From a virus, in the IMG/VR virus record IMGVR_UViG_3300032213_002091, positions 25,041 through 89,040 of that record: a stretch of DNA of 64,000 nucleotides. The stretch is one strand, 5' to 3'. The position numbers were made by a program, and so were the translations under genes. A model generated the notes under the pieces. It was given only the letters and a program-made list of their open reading frames with translations. It did no database searches and was not told where the DNA came from. Numbering within the stretch: position 1 is the stretch's first letter; each line of letters starts with the position of its first letter. This document shows positions 9,954-17,650 of the stretch, one piece after another.

Positions 9954-9961
9954 TTTTACCC
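9954..9961 (-). promoter_or_regulatory. GGGTAAAA box on the minus strand
   Basis: TTTTACCC on the + strand, 39 nt before the minus-strand start at 9922. Confidence 0.75.
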
Positions 9962-9985
9962 ACCAGCCTGTGTTCGTTGAGAGTG

Positions 9986-9993
9986 GGGTAAAA
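9986..9993 (+). promoter_or_regulatory. GGGTAAAA box
   Basis: 35 nt before ATG 10021; divergent from the 9954 box. Confidence 0.75.
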
Positions 9994-10020
9994 TTCACTG
10001 TACGAGTTGCCCTTCCAACC

Positions 10021-10842
10021 ATGACTCGTTCCATTCGTTCTGAAGGGGGTGATAAGGATGTAATCCTGTTAAGCAGCAAAGTGTATGACCTACCCACCGA
10101 CTGTATCACTCCCTTAAACATGTTAGATTCAAAGACAAAGCGCAAGGCTCGCCGTGCTGAAAATGCCCAGATGCTAGAACAATCCTACCACAAAGGAATG
10201 GATGTCATGCCTCCCAAGTTTCTGACTTGGCGGCAAGAAGATCTGTGGAATTCCCTCAAGAAAAACACTGTTACTCTCGCCCATGGCTGTGCCGGAACCG
10301 GGAAAACGCTGATTGCGTTGCATTACGGATTGTATGGTGTCGCCTCCGGCGATTTCAACAAAGTGTACTACGTTCGAAGTGACGTGGGTGTTGAATTCCA
10401 GCGCGGGCGCGGAGCGCTGCCTGGAGACCTTTCCGAGAAGATCGCACCCCTGATTGCGCCTGTTCTTGACAACTTGCCCTGCATCATGAGATCGCACGGT
10501 GCAAGTGAGTACCTGCTGAACAAGAAAATTATCGAGCCTGTTCTCCTGGAAGACATTCGGGGACGCTCACTCAACGAGGCTTTCATCATTGTTGATGAGG
10601 CTCAGAATTTCCTCCCTTCACAAATCAAAACCGTCCTGACTCGCGTCGGCAAAGATTCGAAGATCCTTCTGATTGGTGACACGAAGCAGACCGATATGGA
10701 AGTGTTTCGAAGGGAAAATGGTTTGGTCGACGCTATTCACCGACTGCGCCACCTGTCGGAAGTTGGAATCGTAGAGTTCTCAAAAGAGGACATCGTTCGT
10801 AACTCCGTTATCGCTCACATTCTCGACCGTTACGAAGACTGA
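10021..10842 (+). CDS. phoH: PhoH-like ATPase
   Basis: GCAGTGKT, LPGDLSEK, IRGRSL, IVDEAQN, LTRVG, IGDTKQTD and DIVRN motifs; start is 10021 or 10120. Confidence 0.95.
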   Translation: MTRSIRSEGGDKDVILLSSKVYDLPTDCITPLNMLDSKTKRKARRAENAQMLEQSYHKGMDVMPPKFLTWRQEDLWNSLKKNTVTLAHGCAGTGKTLIALHYGLYGVASGDFNKVYYVRSDVGVEFQRGRGALPGDLSEKIAPLIAPVLDNLPCIMRSHGASEYLLNKKIIEPVLLEDIRGRSLNEAFIIVDEAQNFLPSQIKTVLTRVGKDSKILLIGDTKQTDMEVFRRENGLVDAIHRLRHLSEVGIVEFSKEDIVRNSVIAHILDRYED

Positions 10843-10847
10843 TTGCA

Positions 10848-12485
10848 ATGGGAAGTAAGTATCGCTGGTTTGACTTTGCAGACTCTCGCAATCTGCAAGG
10901 GGACGACGCAACTGTGGAGCGTCTTGGGCAAAAACAAGGAATCACAGGAGCATCTTCACCTTTGCCTAGCAAACCAGCGGCTTCCTCCAAATCAGAGGGA
11001 CCTACTTCTTCTGCTATCCGACAGGCAAACGAAAAGGCTGTTGGGGGGAAGCAGAAAAGATGTTCGGTTGGAAAGAAATGTAACGCAACGTGCATCCACA
11101 TCAATGACGACTGTTTAGTAGGCCTCAGCCCTTCTGTTGGGGCAGCTTTAAGCAGAGTTTCTAAGATTCTTTCGGAGCAGGTGGAAGGCGGACGAGTTAC
11201 CGAAGAGACCGCCGAAGAAGTTGTAGAAAAAGTTAAAGAACTGGAACAGTCTCAGACAAAAGCATTCTCAACGTTTAAGAGTTTACTCGACTCCGGTAAA
11301 ACCTCCGATGCTGAAGCAGATGGTGTTGCAAAACTTCTCGTTAGCACGATTATCACTCCCGGCCAAGACCGGAATATCGTTCGCAAAATGAGTTTTGAAG
11401 ACATTGAGGCCGCCCTTAAGCCCGGCAGACTTGAAGCCCTGGAGCAAGCGTATCAGAAATCTTTCAAATCTGACGGTAAGTTTGACCCTTCTCAGAAAGG
11501 TGGAATGGGGGACTTGATTAAGTCCACTTTCCTGAAACACGAAATTTCTGATGAGGTTGCCCAAGCCGCCTATTACATGCTTCCCTCGAAAGTCCGGTCC
11601 GCGATCGATAAAGCAGGGGCAGTAAAAGGAACCGCCGTAATGTATGGGGGTGACGACAGTAATGGAAACCCGACATTCACCGACAAACCTTCACGAGAAC
11701 GTGGAATTTTCCTTGTGAAACGGTGGATGGAGCAGGGTGGCCTAGATCCATACACTGGAAGACCCATCGATATTCGCAACGCGGAGCCTGAGCATATGGT
11801 TGCGTTTGCTCACGCCCTTGCGAAAGGTGGTGGTGGTGACCAACCGCGAAACCTTTTGTGGGCGGCACCTCAACCTAACAACCAGAAAGCGGGAGCCGAC
11901 GATAATTTCGTCACCTGGAAAAAGAATTTGGAAGAATATCGGAAAATGGGTAAAGACCGCTACGATAACGAAATATACAAACCCGCTTTGCAGGAGTCCG
12001 AGTCAACCAAAGGAAAGAAGGGGGCAGCACCAACCGACTTGGCAAATGCTTTGAGTTCAACTTCTCCCGAGGAACGTGTGGCCACCACTCGTAAACTCGT
12101 TGACTCGTATGGAGATAAAGTTCGCTACCTTGTCCGCGCAGCTGGAGTTGGTTGGCAGCACCAGGATCGAGATCTTGATCACAGACTAGGTGGAAAACCA
12201 GCCTTCATGAACAACGGGGTTCCGAAGCTACCCGGAACTAATGTTAAACCAAGTACGGCTGTTCTTATTGCACTTTCCGCAGTTGACCCAGCTAAGCGTG
12301 AATCCTTGAAAGAACGACTAGAAGAATTACGGAAAGCTCGCATTTTAACTGATTCCGAAGCAGCGGCCGTAAGAGGCGACAACTCCGCACGGCTAAGTCT
12401 ACAGGGGCAAAAGAGTAAAGACTATGGTGATGACCTTGCATCCCTTCTGAACGAGTTTGTACCCAACCTTGATTCTTTCTTGTAA
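10848..12485 (+). CDS. Cys-module protein with HNH nuclease domain
   Basis: KRCSVGKKCNATCIHINDDC; QGGLDPYTGRPID...EPEHMVAF...GGGDQPRNL...NNQK (HNH pattern). Confidence 0.7.
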   Translation: MGSKYRWFDFADSRNLQGDDATVERLGQKQGITGASSPLPSKPAASSKSEGPTSSAIRQANEKAVGGKQKRCSVGKKCNATCIHINDDCLVGLSPSVGAALSRVSKILSEQVEGGRVTEETAEEVVEKVKELEQSQTKAFSTFKSLLDSGKTSDAEADGVAKLLVSTIITPGQDRNIVRKMSFEDIEAALKPGRLEALEQAYQKSFKSDGKFDPSQKGGMGDLIKSTFLKHEISDEVAQAAYYMLPSKVRSAIDKAGAVKGTAVMYGGDDSNGNPTFTDKPSRERGIFLVKRWMEQGGLDPYTGRPIDIRNAEPEHMVAFAHALAKGGGGDQPRNLLWAAPQPNNQKAGADDNFVTWKKNLEEYRKMGKDRYDNEIYKPALQESESTKGKKGAAPTDLANALSSTSPEERVATTRKLVDSYGDKVRYLVRAAGVGWQHQDRDLDHRLGGKPAFMNNGVPKLPGTNVKPSTAVLIALSAVDPAKRESLKERLEELRKARILTDSEAAAVRGDNSARLSLQGQKSKDYGDDLASLLNEFVPNLDSFL

Positions 12486-12489
12486 AACC

Positions 12490-12822
12490 ATGCGCAAAGA
12501 CACTCGATTTAATCGCCCCGAGCGGCAAGAAATTGAAACCAAACTGAAGCCTGGAACTCTGGCCGATGCTCAAGCACTCGGGGTATGGAATATGATGCTG
12601 CAAGCTGACGACCCGTCGGAAGTCTGCCGGTGGTATCGTTCCTATCGTGACAGCGATCATTGCACTCTCCCGCGAGAGCAACTGCGAAATATGCGCGACA
12701 CAATGGTTCAGTCGATGCGAGAAACCAACCGCCAAGATTCAAACCCCCGCAAAGAAAAGAAGAAAGGGGTTCACTACGACCACCACAACGACGGTCGCAT
12801 TCGCCCAAGATCCGGAGCCTGA
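12490..12822 (+). CDS. Hypothetical protein
   Basis: ATG 12490, 4 nt after the HNH gene stop. Confidence 0.7.
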   Translation: MRKDTRFNRPERQEIETKLKPGTLADAQALGVWNMMLQADDPSEVCRWYRSYRDSDHCTLPREQLRNMRDTMVQSMRETNRQDSNPRKEKKKGVHYDHHNDGRIRPRSGA

Positions 12823-12823
12823 C

Positions 12824-13270
12824 ATGAACGCACTCGAAGAAATTTCTCAGCACAGGGTTCCCTGTGGCCCGATGACTGTGGCTGCTTCGGGTGTCTGCAG
12901 AAGGCGGCTGCGCGACTCTTACGACCGCCTTCTTGATCGTCTGGCACAAGAAATTCACCAGGAGTACACTCCGCCGGAACTTCCAAAGGATCACAAATTT
13001 GACAAAGAAGGAAAACTTGTTCACAAGGAAGAACTTGCCAAGCGTGAGCAAACTGCGAAAACAATGCAGAAGGGCAAAGAGAAGGCAAAGAAAGAGCGAG
13101 AGAAGAATGCTCCGCATTCTCCAGAGATTTTAGAATCCAAGAAAGAAAAGCTGCTGCAGGAAGGTATGATGAAGGCCGATGTCAAGAAGCAAGTGAAAGA
13201 GTACGAAGAGAAATTGATGGGGAATAGCAAGATGGGGCAAGATATCACGGGCAAGATCAAGAAACGTTAA
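12824..13270 (+). CDS. Hypothetical charged protein
   Basis: ATG 12824 (MNALEEISQHRVPCGP...GVCRRR); K/E-rich. Confidence 0.7.
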   Translation: MNALEEISQHRVPCGPMTVAASGVCRRRLRDSYDRLLDRLAQEIHQEYTPPELPKDHKFDKEGKLVHKEELAKREQTAKTMQKGKEKAKKEREKNAPHSPEILESKKEKLLQEGMMKADVKKQVKEYEEKLMGNSKMGQDITGKIKKR

Positions 13271-13278
13271 GGGTAAAA
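13271..13278 (+). promoter_or_regulatory. GGGTAAAA box
   Basis: 31 nt before ATG 13302. Confidence 0.75.
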
Positions 13279-13301
13279 CTTGAGCAGATTACATTAGTGT
13301 T

Positions 13302-14024
13302 ATGCTCGGTTCTTTTTCAGAGGAAGCTCTCTTCAAGTATTCGGAGATGGTTTCACAAACACAATCTGCAGACTTCTCCGAAGGAGAGAGTTACGACTTC
13401 ACACGGTGTATGCGACCTAACGGGTCTATCTACGGTACGCGAGGGCAATGCCGCAAAGGTGTAGAATCCACCAAAGGCGCAGCAGCCAAAGTAGCGGAAA
13501 GAGCAGCGAAACTGGCACGTCAGAGAAAGAATCAAACACCTGAAAGAAAAGACATGTATGACCGACTCGCAGCGAACGCCGCCGGTCGTGCGCGTGAACC
13601 TTTTGAGAAGGGCGATACCAGGGGGAATATGACGCCCGGTGAAAGGGAAAGACGCAGAGAAGCTGACGCGTACGAGTCAAGTCTATACGGGCATAAAAAT
13701 AACACTTACGGGCCAGGGGGTGTGACCAAGGATACGGGAAAGAAGAGAAAGCAAGAAGCACTCGGCGAATTCGCCAAGGCTGGATTACCATCAAGAGTTG
13801 ACGAGGCCATCGCAAGGGTTATGGAGCACCCGAAATTACAGAAATACGTTGACAAAAACGCCGCCTACGATGATATTGCAGCTACGGTACCAAAAAAAGT
13901 TCTGAAGAAAGTGTTGGGGTGGACCGACAAAGACCTCGTGGCAATTGTTAGGGGGACAGACCCTTACGAGGGAACTATTTACGAGGACGACGAAGGGAAT
14001 TACCAGTTTTACGGGGCGGCCTGA
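13302..14024 (+). CDS. Hypothetical protein with GSFSEEAL leader and YDFTRC...GQCRKG motif
   Basis: 240-aa ORF under a GGGTAAAA box. Confidence 0.75.
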   Translation: MLGSFSEEALFKYSEMVSQTQSADFSEGESYDFTRCMRPNGSIYGTRGQCRKGVESTKGAAAKVAERAAKLARQRKNQTPERKDMYDRLAANAAGRAREPFEKGDTRGNMTPGERERRREADAYESSLYGHKNNTYGPGGVTKDTGKKRKQEALGEFAKAGLPSRVDEAIARVMEHPKLQKYVDKNAAYDDIAATVPKKVLKKVLGWTDKDLVAIVRGTDPYEGTIYEDDEGNYQFYGAA

Positions 14025-14026
14025 GC

Positions 14027-14034
14027 GGGTAAAA
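14027..14034 (+). promoter_or_regulatory. GGGTAAAA box
   Basis: 35 nt before ATG 14062. Confidence 0.75.
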
Positions 14035-14061
14035 TAATTAAAGTTCTATAACAACTGACAA

Positions 14062-14424
14062 ATGAGCAACAGAATTGGAGGCGACTTCGACATGGACGCC
14101 GTTGAAGCATTTCGCGATGCGTACGCATCTCGTCTAATGACTCCGGAGGATCAAGACGTTGATGCGTTCACAGGTCTCCCCACTGGCGAAATCTCAAACA
14201 CTTCTCCGTGGCTTGCCCACACAGGATTGTGGAAATACCCAAGCGGAAAAGGCCCCGACGACGATCTGAAACAACCCTTCCAACCGGAATCCTACTACGA
14301 GGAGGAAGAGACCGACGAGGATGAGGAGCTCACTGAAGAAGAGATTGATACCCTTATCGATGAAATTCTTGACGAAATTAGAACGGAGGGAGACGATGGG
14401 TCTACTGACGAAGACAACGAATAA
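14062..14424 (+). CDS. Highly acidic hypothetical protein
   Basis: 120 aa with a D/E-rich C-terminal half. Confidence 0.75.
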   Translation: MSNRIGGDFDMDAVEAFRDAYASRLMTPEDQDVDAFTGLPTGEISNTSPWLAHTGLWKYPSGKGPDDDLKQPFQPESYYEEEETDEDEELTEEEIDTLIDEILDEIRTEGDDGSTDEDNE

Positions 14425-14716
14425 TTTTAATGAGCGGCGTTTTCTGATTCGCAGCCTCGTTATCATTTTCTTGATTCAGTTTGCATCTACTGGTGCGCAG
14501 TTTGCCAACTGTTTCAAACTCTCAAACAGCTCGGCTGAAACCGAGCGCACGAACCTCGTCTGCAGCCAGGCAAATTCAAGTTTCTCCGAGACTAGCAAAT
14601 TAGCGTTGACAACTCTGCTGGCTTTGTTAGTTCCCGCCGCGCCTGCAGGCGGTGCCGTGGTTGAGCAAGGGACTCGCCGTCGCAAAACTACTGAAGAGTC
14701 CGAGAATCTTTCGTAA
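14396..14716 (+). CDS. Small two-TM membrane protein (possible lysis protein)
   Basis: Hydrophobic FLIRSLVIIFLIQF and LALTTLLALLVPA, basic tail. Confidence 0.55.
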   Translation: MGLLTKTTNNFNERRFLIRSLVIIFLIQFASTGAQFANCFKLSNSSAETERTNLVCSQANSSFSETSKLALTTLLALLVPAAPAGGAVVEQGTRRRKTTEESENLS

Positions 14717-14717
14717 A

Positions 14718-14725
14718 GGGTAAAA
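14718..14725 (+). promoter_or_regulatory. GGGTAAAA box
   Basis: 33 nt before ATG 14751. Confidence 0.75.
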
Positions 14726-14750
14726 GGAAAGTATTGCCACTACCCCCTGT

Positions 14751-15458
14751 ATGTACGGATCCCGTCTCGACTTCTCCGACGTTTCGCTTCCTGGCGTGGG
14801 CGGTAACATTAACGCCTCAAATGCGATTAGCGTGGACAGGTTGAAAGAAATGAACGCCTCCGGCAAGAAGTGGGCTCCCGACATTACTGGCGGGATGTCT
14901 CACCACAACGAAAGTGTTCTGAAAATGAACGCTGCCAATCGCGAAAAACGTGCCAACCTCGTCAACCGGGATTACAACGAAAATTGCGATGGCAACAAAG
15001 CAATGAAAGAGATTTTCGACCGCAAAAAGTCTCGCATGGCCTCCTTCAAGGAGCTTAAGAAAGCCGAGTATGGGTTCGCCGAAGGTGATTCCCAGGACAC
15101 CGAGCTGCTTGCAATCCCGCAACCTTTCGCAATGGCCGAATGCAAATGCGGAGGAACCTGCCCCGTTTGCCGCGATAAAAAGCGCAAAGATGCAGAGTAC
15201 CGTGAGTGGAGCACGGAGAAGCGCAAAGAACTGAAAGAAGGGGGAGTTAAGGGGGAGTTCGCCGGGCCTGAAATGTCCTTCCCAATCTCGAGCCCTGAGG
15301 ACGTTGCCGCTGCATGGTCTTCTGTAGGCAGAGGAAAAAACCCTCGTCAAATCATGGCTAACATCATTCGTATCGCGAAGAAACACGGCTGGGAGTCGGG
15401 TTTGCCGCAGTCCGTAAAAGACCGTCTAGCCTCAGGTCAATCTGGTCTGCCGGAGTAG
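14751..15458 (+). CDS. Hypothetical virion-type protein with CxCxxxCxxC and a FAGP..SFPI domain
   Basis: 235-aa ORF; ECKCGGTCPVC; GEFAGPEMSFPISSPEDV...IIRIAKKHG. Confidence 0.75.
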   Translation: MYGSRLDFSDVSLPGVGGNINASNAISVDRLKEMNASGKKWAPDITGGMSHHNESVLKMNAANREKRANLVNRDYNENCDGNKAMKEIFDRKKSRMASFKELKKAEYGFAEGDSQDTELLAIPQPFAMAECKCGGTCPVCRDKKRKDAEYREWSTEKRKELKEGGVKGEFAGPEMSFPISSPEDVAAAWSSVGRGKNPRQIMANIIRIAKKHGWESGLPQSVKDRLASGQSGLPE

Positions 15459-15459
15459 T

Positions 15460-15726
15460 ATGGAACCCGTAACAATCTTAAGTATTGTGGCGTCAGTCGT
15501 AACAACCGTGTCTGGAATCGGGTGGGTTCTGGAACGAAACGGTAAGCGCATTGACGACAGATTTGGAACCATTATCCGTCATATGGAGAAGATGGAAAGG
15601 GTTCTTGACAACCTAAGAACGGACCTGCCAATCAAGTACACTCTGCGGGAAGATCACTTGCGCTTAACGGAAAAAGTCGAGGATATCCAGAAAGAACTCA
15701 TCATTTGGAAGACCACGGAGTCATGA
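15460..15726 (+). CDS. TM plus coiled-coil protein (holin-like candidate)
   Basis: N-terminal hydrophobic helix followed by a heptad-rich region. Confidence 0.5.
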   Translation: MEPVTILSIVASVVTTVSGIGWVLERNGKRIDDRFGTIIRHMEKMERVLDNLRTDLPIKYTLREDHLRLTEKVEDIQKELIIWKTTES

Positions 15727-15727
15727 A

Positions 15728-16285
15728 ATGAACTTTGAAGATTATGACTGGAATCGCCTTGACGGGCTAGGTTTCAAAGAAAGTACAAAAGATGATCTCA
15801 AAGACGCCTGCTGGTCTGGCTATAAGGCGTATGGTCTCAAGAAGAAAGGTGGGAGAATGGTTCCCAACTGCGTAAAGATCGATAGTAAGCACAGTGAAGG
15901 TGACATTGCCACTGCGGAAATGACACCGAACTACCTACCGAAAGAACCAGGCGAAGGCGACGAAAAAAACCCCCAAATGAATGAAGGAACCCCGATTCGA
16001 ATGCCCCGCATGGAAGTGATCAAGAAGGCAGCCGATAAAAACGGTCAGCTTGCTATGCACGCTTCTGTCAACGACTCCACTTATTCCGAGGTTCTTCAAT
16101 CCACTGAGAACAACGGCGGAATGATCATTACCCAGCTTCGTGTTGCTCTGGAGAAGATCGAAATTATGCTCGATATGCTCGATGCAGAAGACAATCTTCC
16201 ACCGTGGGCTGCAACCAAAATTGCAAACGCTGGTGTTGCCTTAGCAAGCGTTGGCGACTACATTCGTTTCGGCGAGGAAGGTTGA
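15728..16285 (+). CDS. Hypothetical protein with cyanophage-type CWxGY...MVPNCV motif
   Basis: DACWSGYKAYGLKKKGGRMVPNCVK and C-terminal DNLPPWAATKI, both recalled from cyanomyovirus proteins. Confidence 0.7.
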   Translation: MNFEDYDWNRLDGLGFKESTKDDLKDACWSGYKAYGLKKKGGRMVPNCVKIDSKHSEGDIATAEMTPNYLPKEPGEGDEKNPQMNEGTPIRMPRMEVIKKAADKNGQLAMHASVNDSTYSEVLQSTENNGGMIITQLRVALEKIEIMLDMLDAEDNLPPWAATKIANAGVALASVGDYIRFGEEG

Positions 16286-16593
16286 TGTGGGGTTCTTTCT
16301 TTGCGGGAGTTCTTGAGCGGTTTTACCAGGACTACGCCGAAAAAGCAAACTTAGCCTGCAACAAACCGCAGGCGGACACTCAAGGCGGACACAGCCATGT
16401 TGTCAAAGCGTGTTACGACGGTCAGGAAAAGTTGATTCGGTTCGGTCAAGCTGGCGTCAAAGGTTCCCCTAAGAAAGAAGGTGAGTCGGAGTCTTACAAG
16501 GCTCGACGCGAAGCTTTCAAAGCGCGGCACGCAAAAAACATCGCGAAAGGACCGTCTTCCGCCGCATATTGGGCCAACAAAGTTAAGTGGTGA
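16285..16593 (+). CDS. Conserved basic phage protein
   Basis: ATG 16285; HVVKAC...IRFGQ...FKARH...AAYWANKVKW. Confidence 0.75.
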   Translation: MWGSFFAGVLERFYQDYAEKANLACNKPQADTQGGHSHVVKACYDGQEKLIRFGQAGVKGSPKKEGESESYKARREAFKARHAKNIAKGPSSAAYWANKVKW

Positions 16594-16598
16594 ATCTC

Positions 16599-17102
16599 AT
16601 GCAAAGCAATTTCAATTTCCCCTCCGTTGACCACCTGATTGAAGGTGTTCACTACACTATCGTAGACTGGGACTTCGCGGACGGCCAAGGTTGCGGAGAT
16701 GGCGAGAAGATGGTTTTTGGCGTCTGTCGCAAAGTTGGTGGTGGAACGGGTGAGAAAGACTTCGACTCCAGCAAGAAAACAAAGCAGGAAGAAGAAGGGG
16801 AAGCCGAAGCTAAGAAGCAAGGTTCCGACGTCAAAAGCAACAAACCGGTGACAGTGAACGGCAAGAAGATGGGCTGGGCCGTCAAAAACGGGAAGCCCGT
16901 GCTTGTTGAGTGGGGTTCAGTCGCTGGTGAAAAGAAAGTGGGTCCGAAACCCGTAAAACCAAGTCAATCGCCCCGCCCAAAAAACGTTCAAGCGCCCTCC
17001 CCTGCCCAACCGGCTTCAGCTTTGGCGAACCCGAACGCTAGCAGCTCGGCTCGACAGCAGGCTATCAACACAATCGGTCGCAACACCCTTCAAAACACTT
17101 GA
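16599..17102 (+). CDS. Hypothetical protein (WDFAD, GC...GVCRK)
   Basis: ATG 16599; K/P-rich C-terminus. Confidence 0.7.
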   Translation: MQSNFNFPSVDHLIEGVHYTIVDWDFADGQGCGDGEKMVFGVCRKVGGGTGEKDFDSSKKTKQEEEGEAEAKKQGSDVKSNKPVTVNGKKMGWAVKNGKPVLVEWGSVAGEKKVGPKPVKPSQSPRPKNVQAPSPAQPASALANPNASSSARQQAINTIGRNTLQNT

Positions 17103-17104
17103 TA

Positions 17105-17112
17105 GGGTAAAA
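17105..17112 (+). promoter_or_regulatory. GGGTAAAA box
   Basis: 33 nt before ATG 17138. Confidence 0.75.
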
Positions 17113-17137
17113 GTATCCATAAAGCCTCCGTCCCGAC

Positions 17138-17650
17138 ATGCGTACAGACGCCATTTCTGAAAAGGCTATTGAACAAGCCTACTTGATTTATTCGGAGCGG
17201 GGACACCAGATCCTCGATTACTCCCACACACCGACAGATTACGCTCGCGGAACCGTTCTAGAACCCGAGAATACATCTGTGATCAACTCCCGTTTCGGCG
17301 AGCTTCTGCCGGAAAGCATTCGGGATGGCGGAGAGTATGACAGCCTTTCCGAGCAAGAAAGATCCCTCGATCTGCGCATCGACTCTCTTCAAAACGAGAT
17401 GCGTACCTCGCGTATGCGTGGAAATTTCAAGGGCCTGCAAGCTCAGATGAAGGAAATGCACAACCTAATCAAAGCCAAAGAGGCGCTTGACGCAAAGCTC
17501 GCCACGCTTGATCTTGGTTGCAAACAAATGGACGATTACGACCGGACGATGAATCAGGACGATTCTTACTCCGAGCAAATTCAGTCCGTCGGAGCTCGCA
17601 TTTCTGAACTCGAAGCCAAACTTGAAGAGTACCGGGAGAGCCGCCAGTGA
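17138..17650 (+). CDS. Coiled-coil hypothetical protein
   Basis: 170 aa, heptad pattern, two YSE motifs. Confidence 0.7.
   Translation: MRTDAISEKAIEQAYLIYSERGHQILDYSHTPTDYARGTVLEPENTSVINSRFGELLPESIRDGGEYDSLSEQERSLDLRIDSLQNEMRTSRMRGNFKGLQAQMKEMHNLIKAKEALDAKLATLDLGCKQMDDYDRTMNQDDSYSEQIQSVGARISELEAKLEEYRESRQ

Noticed and set aside
9943-10020. Longer phoH start at 9943 from the ORF track
   Set aside because: It would cover both divergent promoter boxes; 10021 or 10120 fits better
11700-11900. HNH domain resembling the Cas9 HNH
   Set aside because: No RuvC motifs, the protein is only 545 aa, and no CRISPR array is nearby
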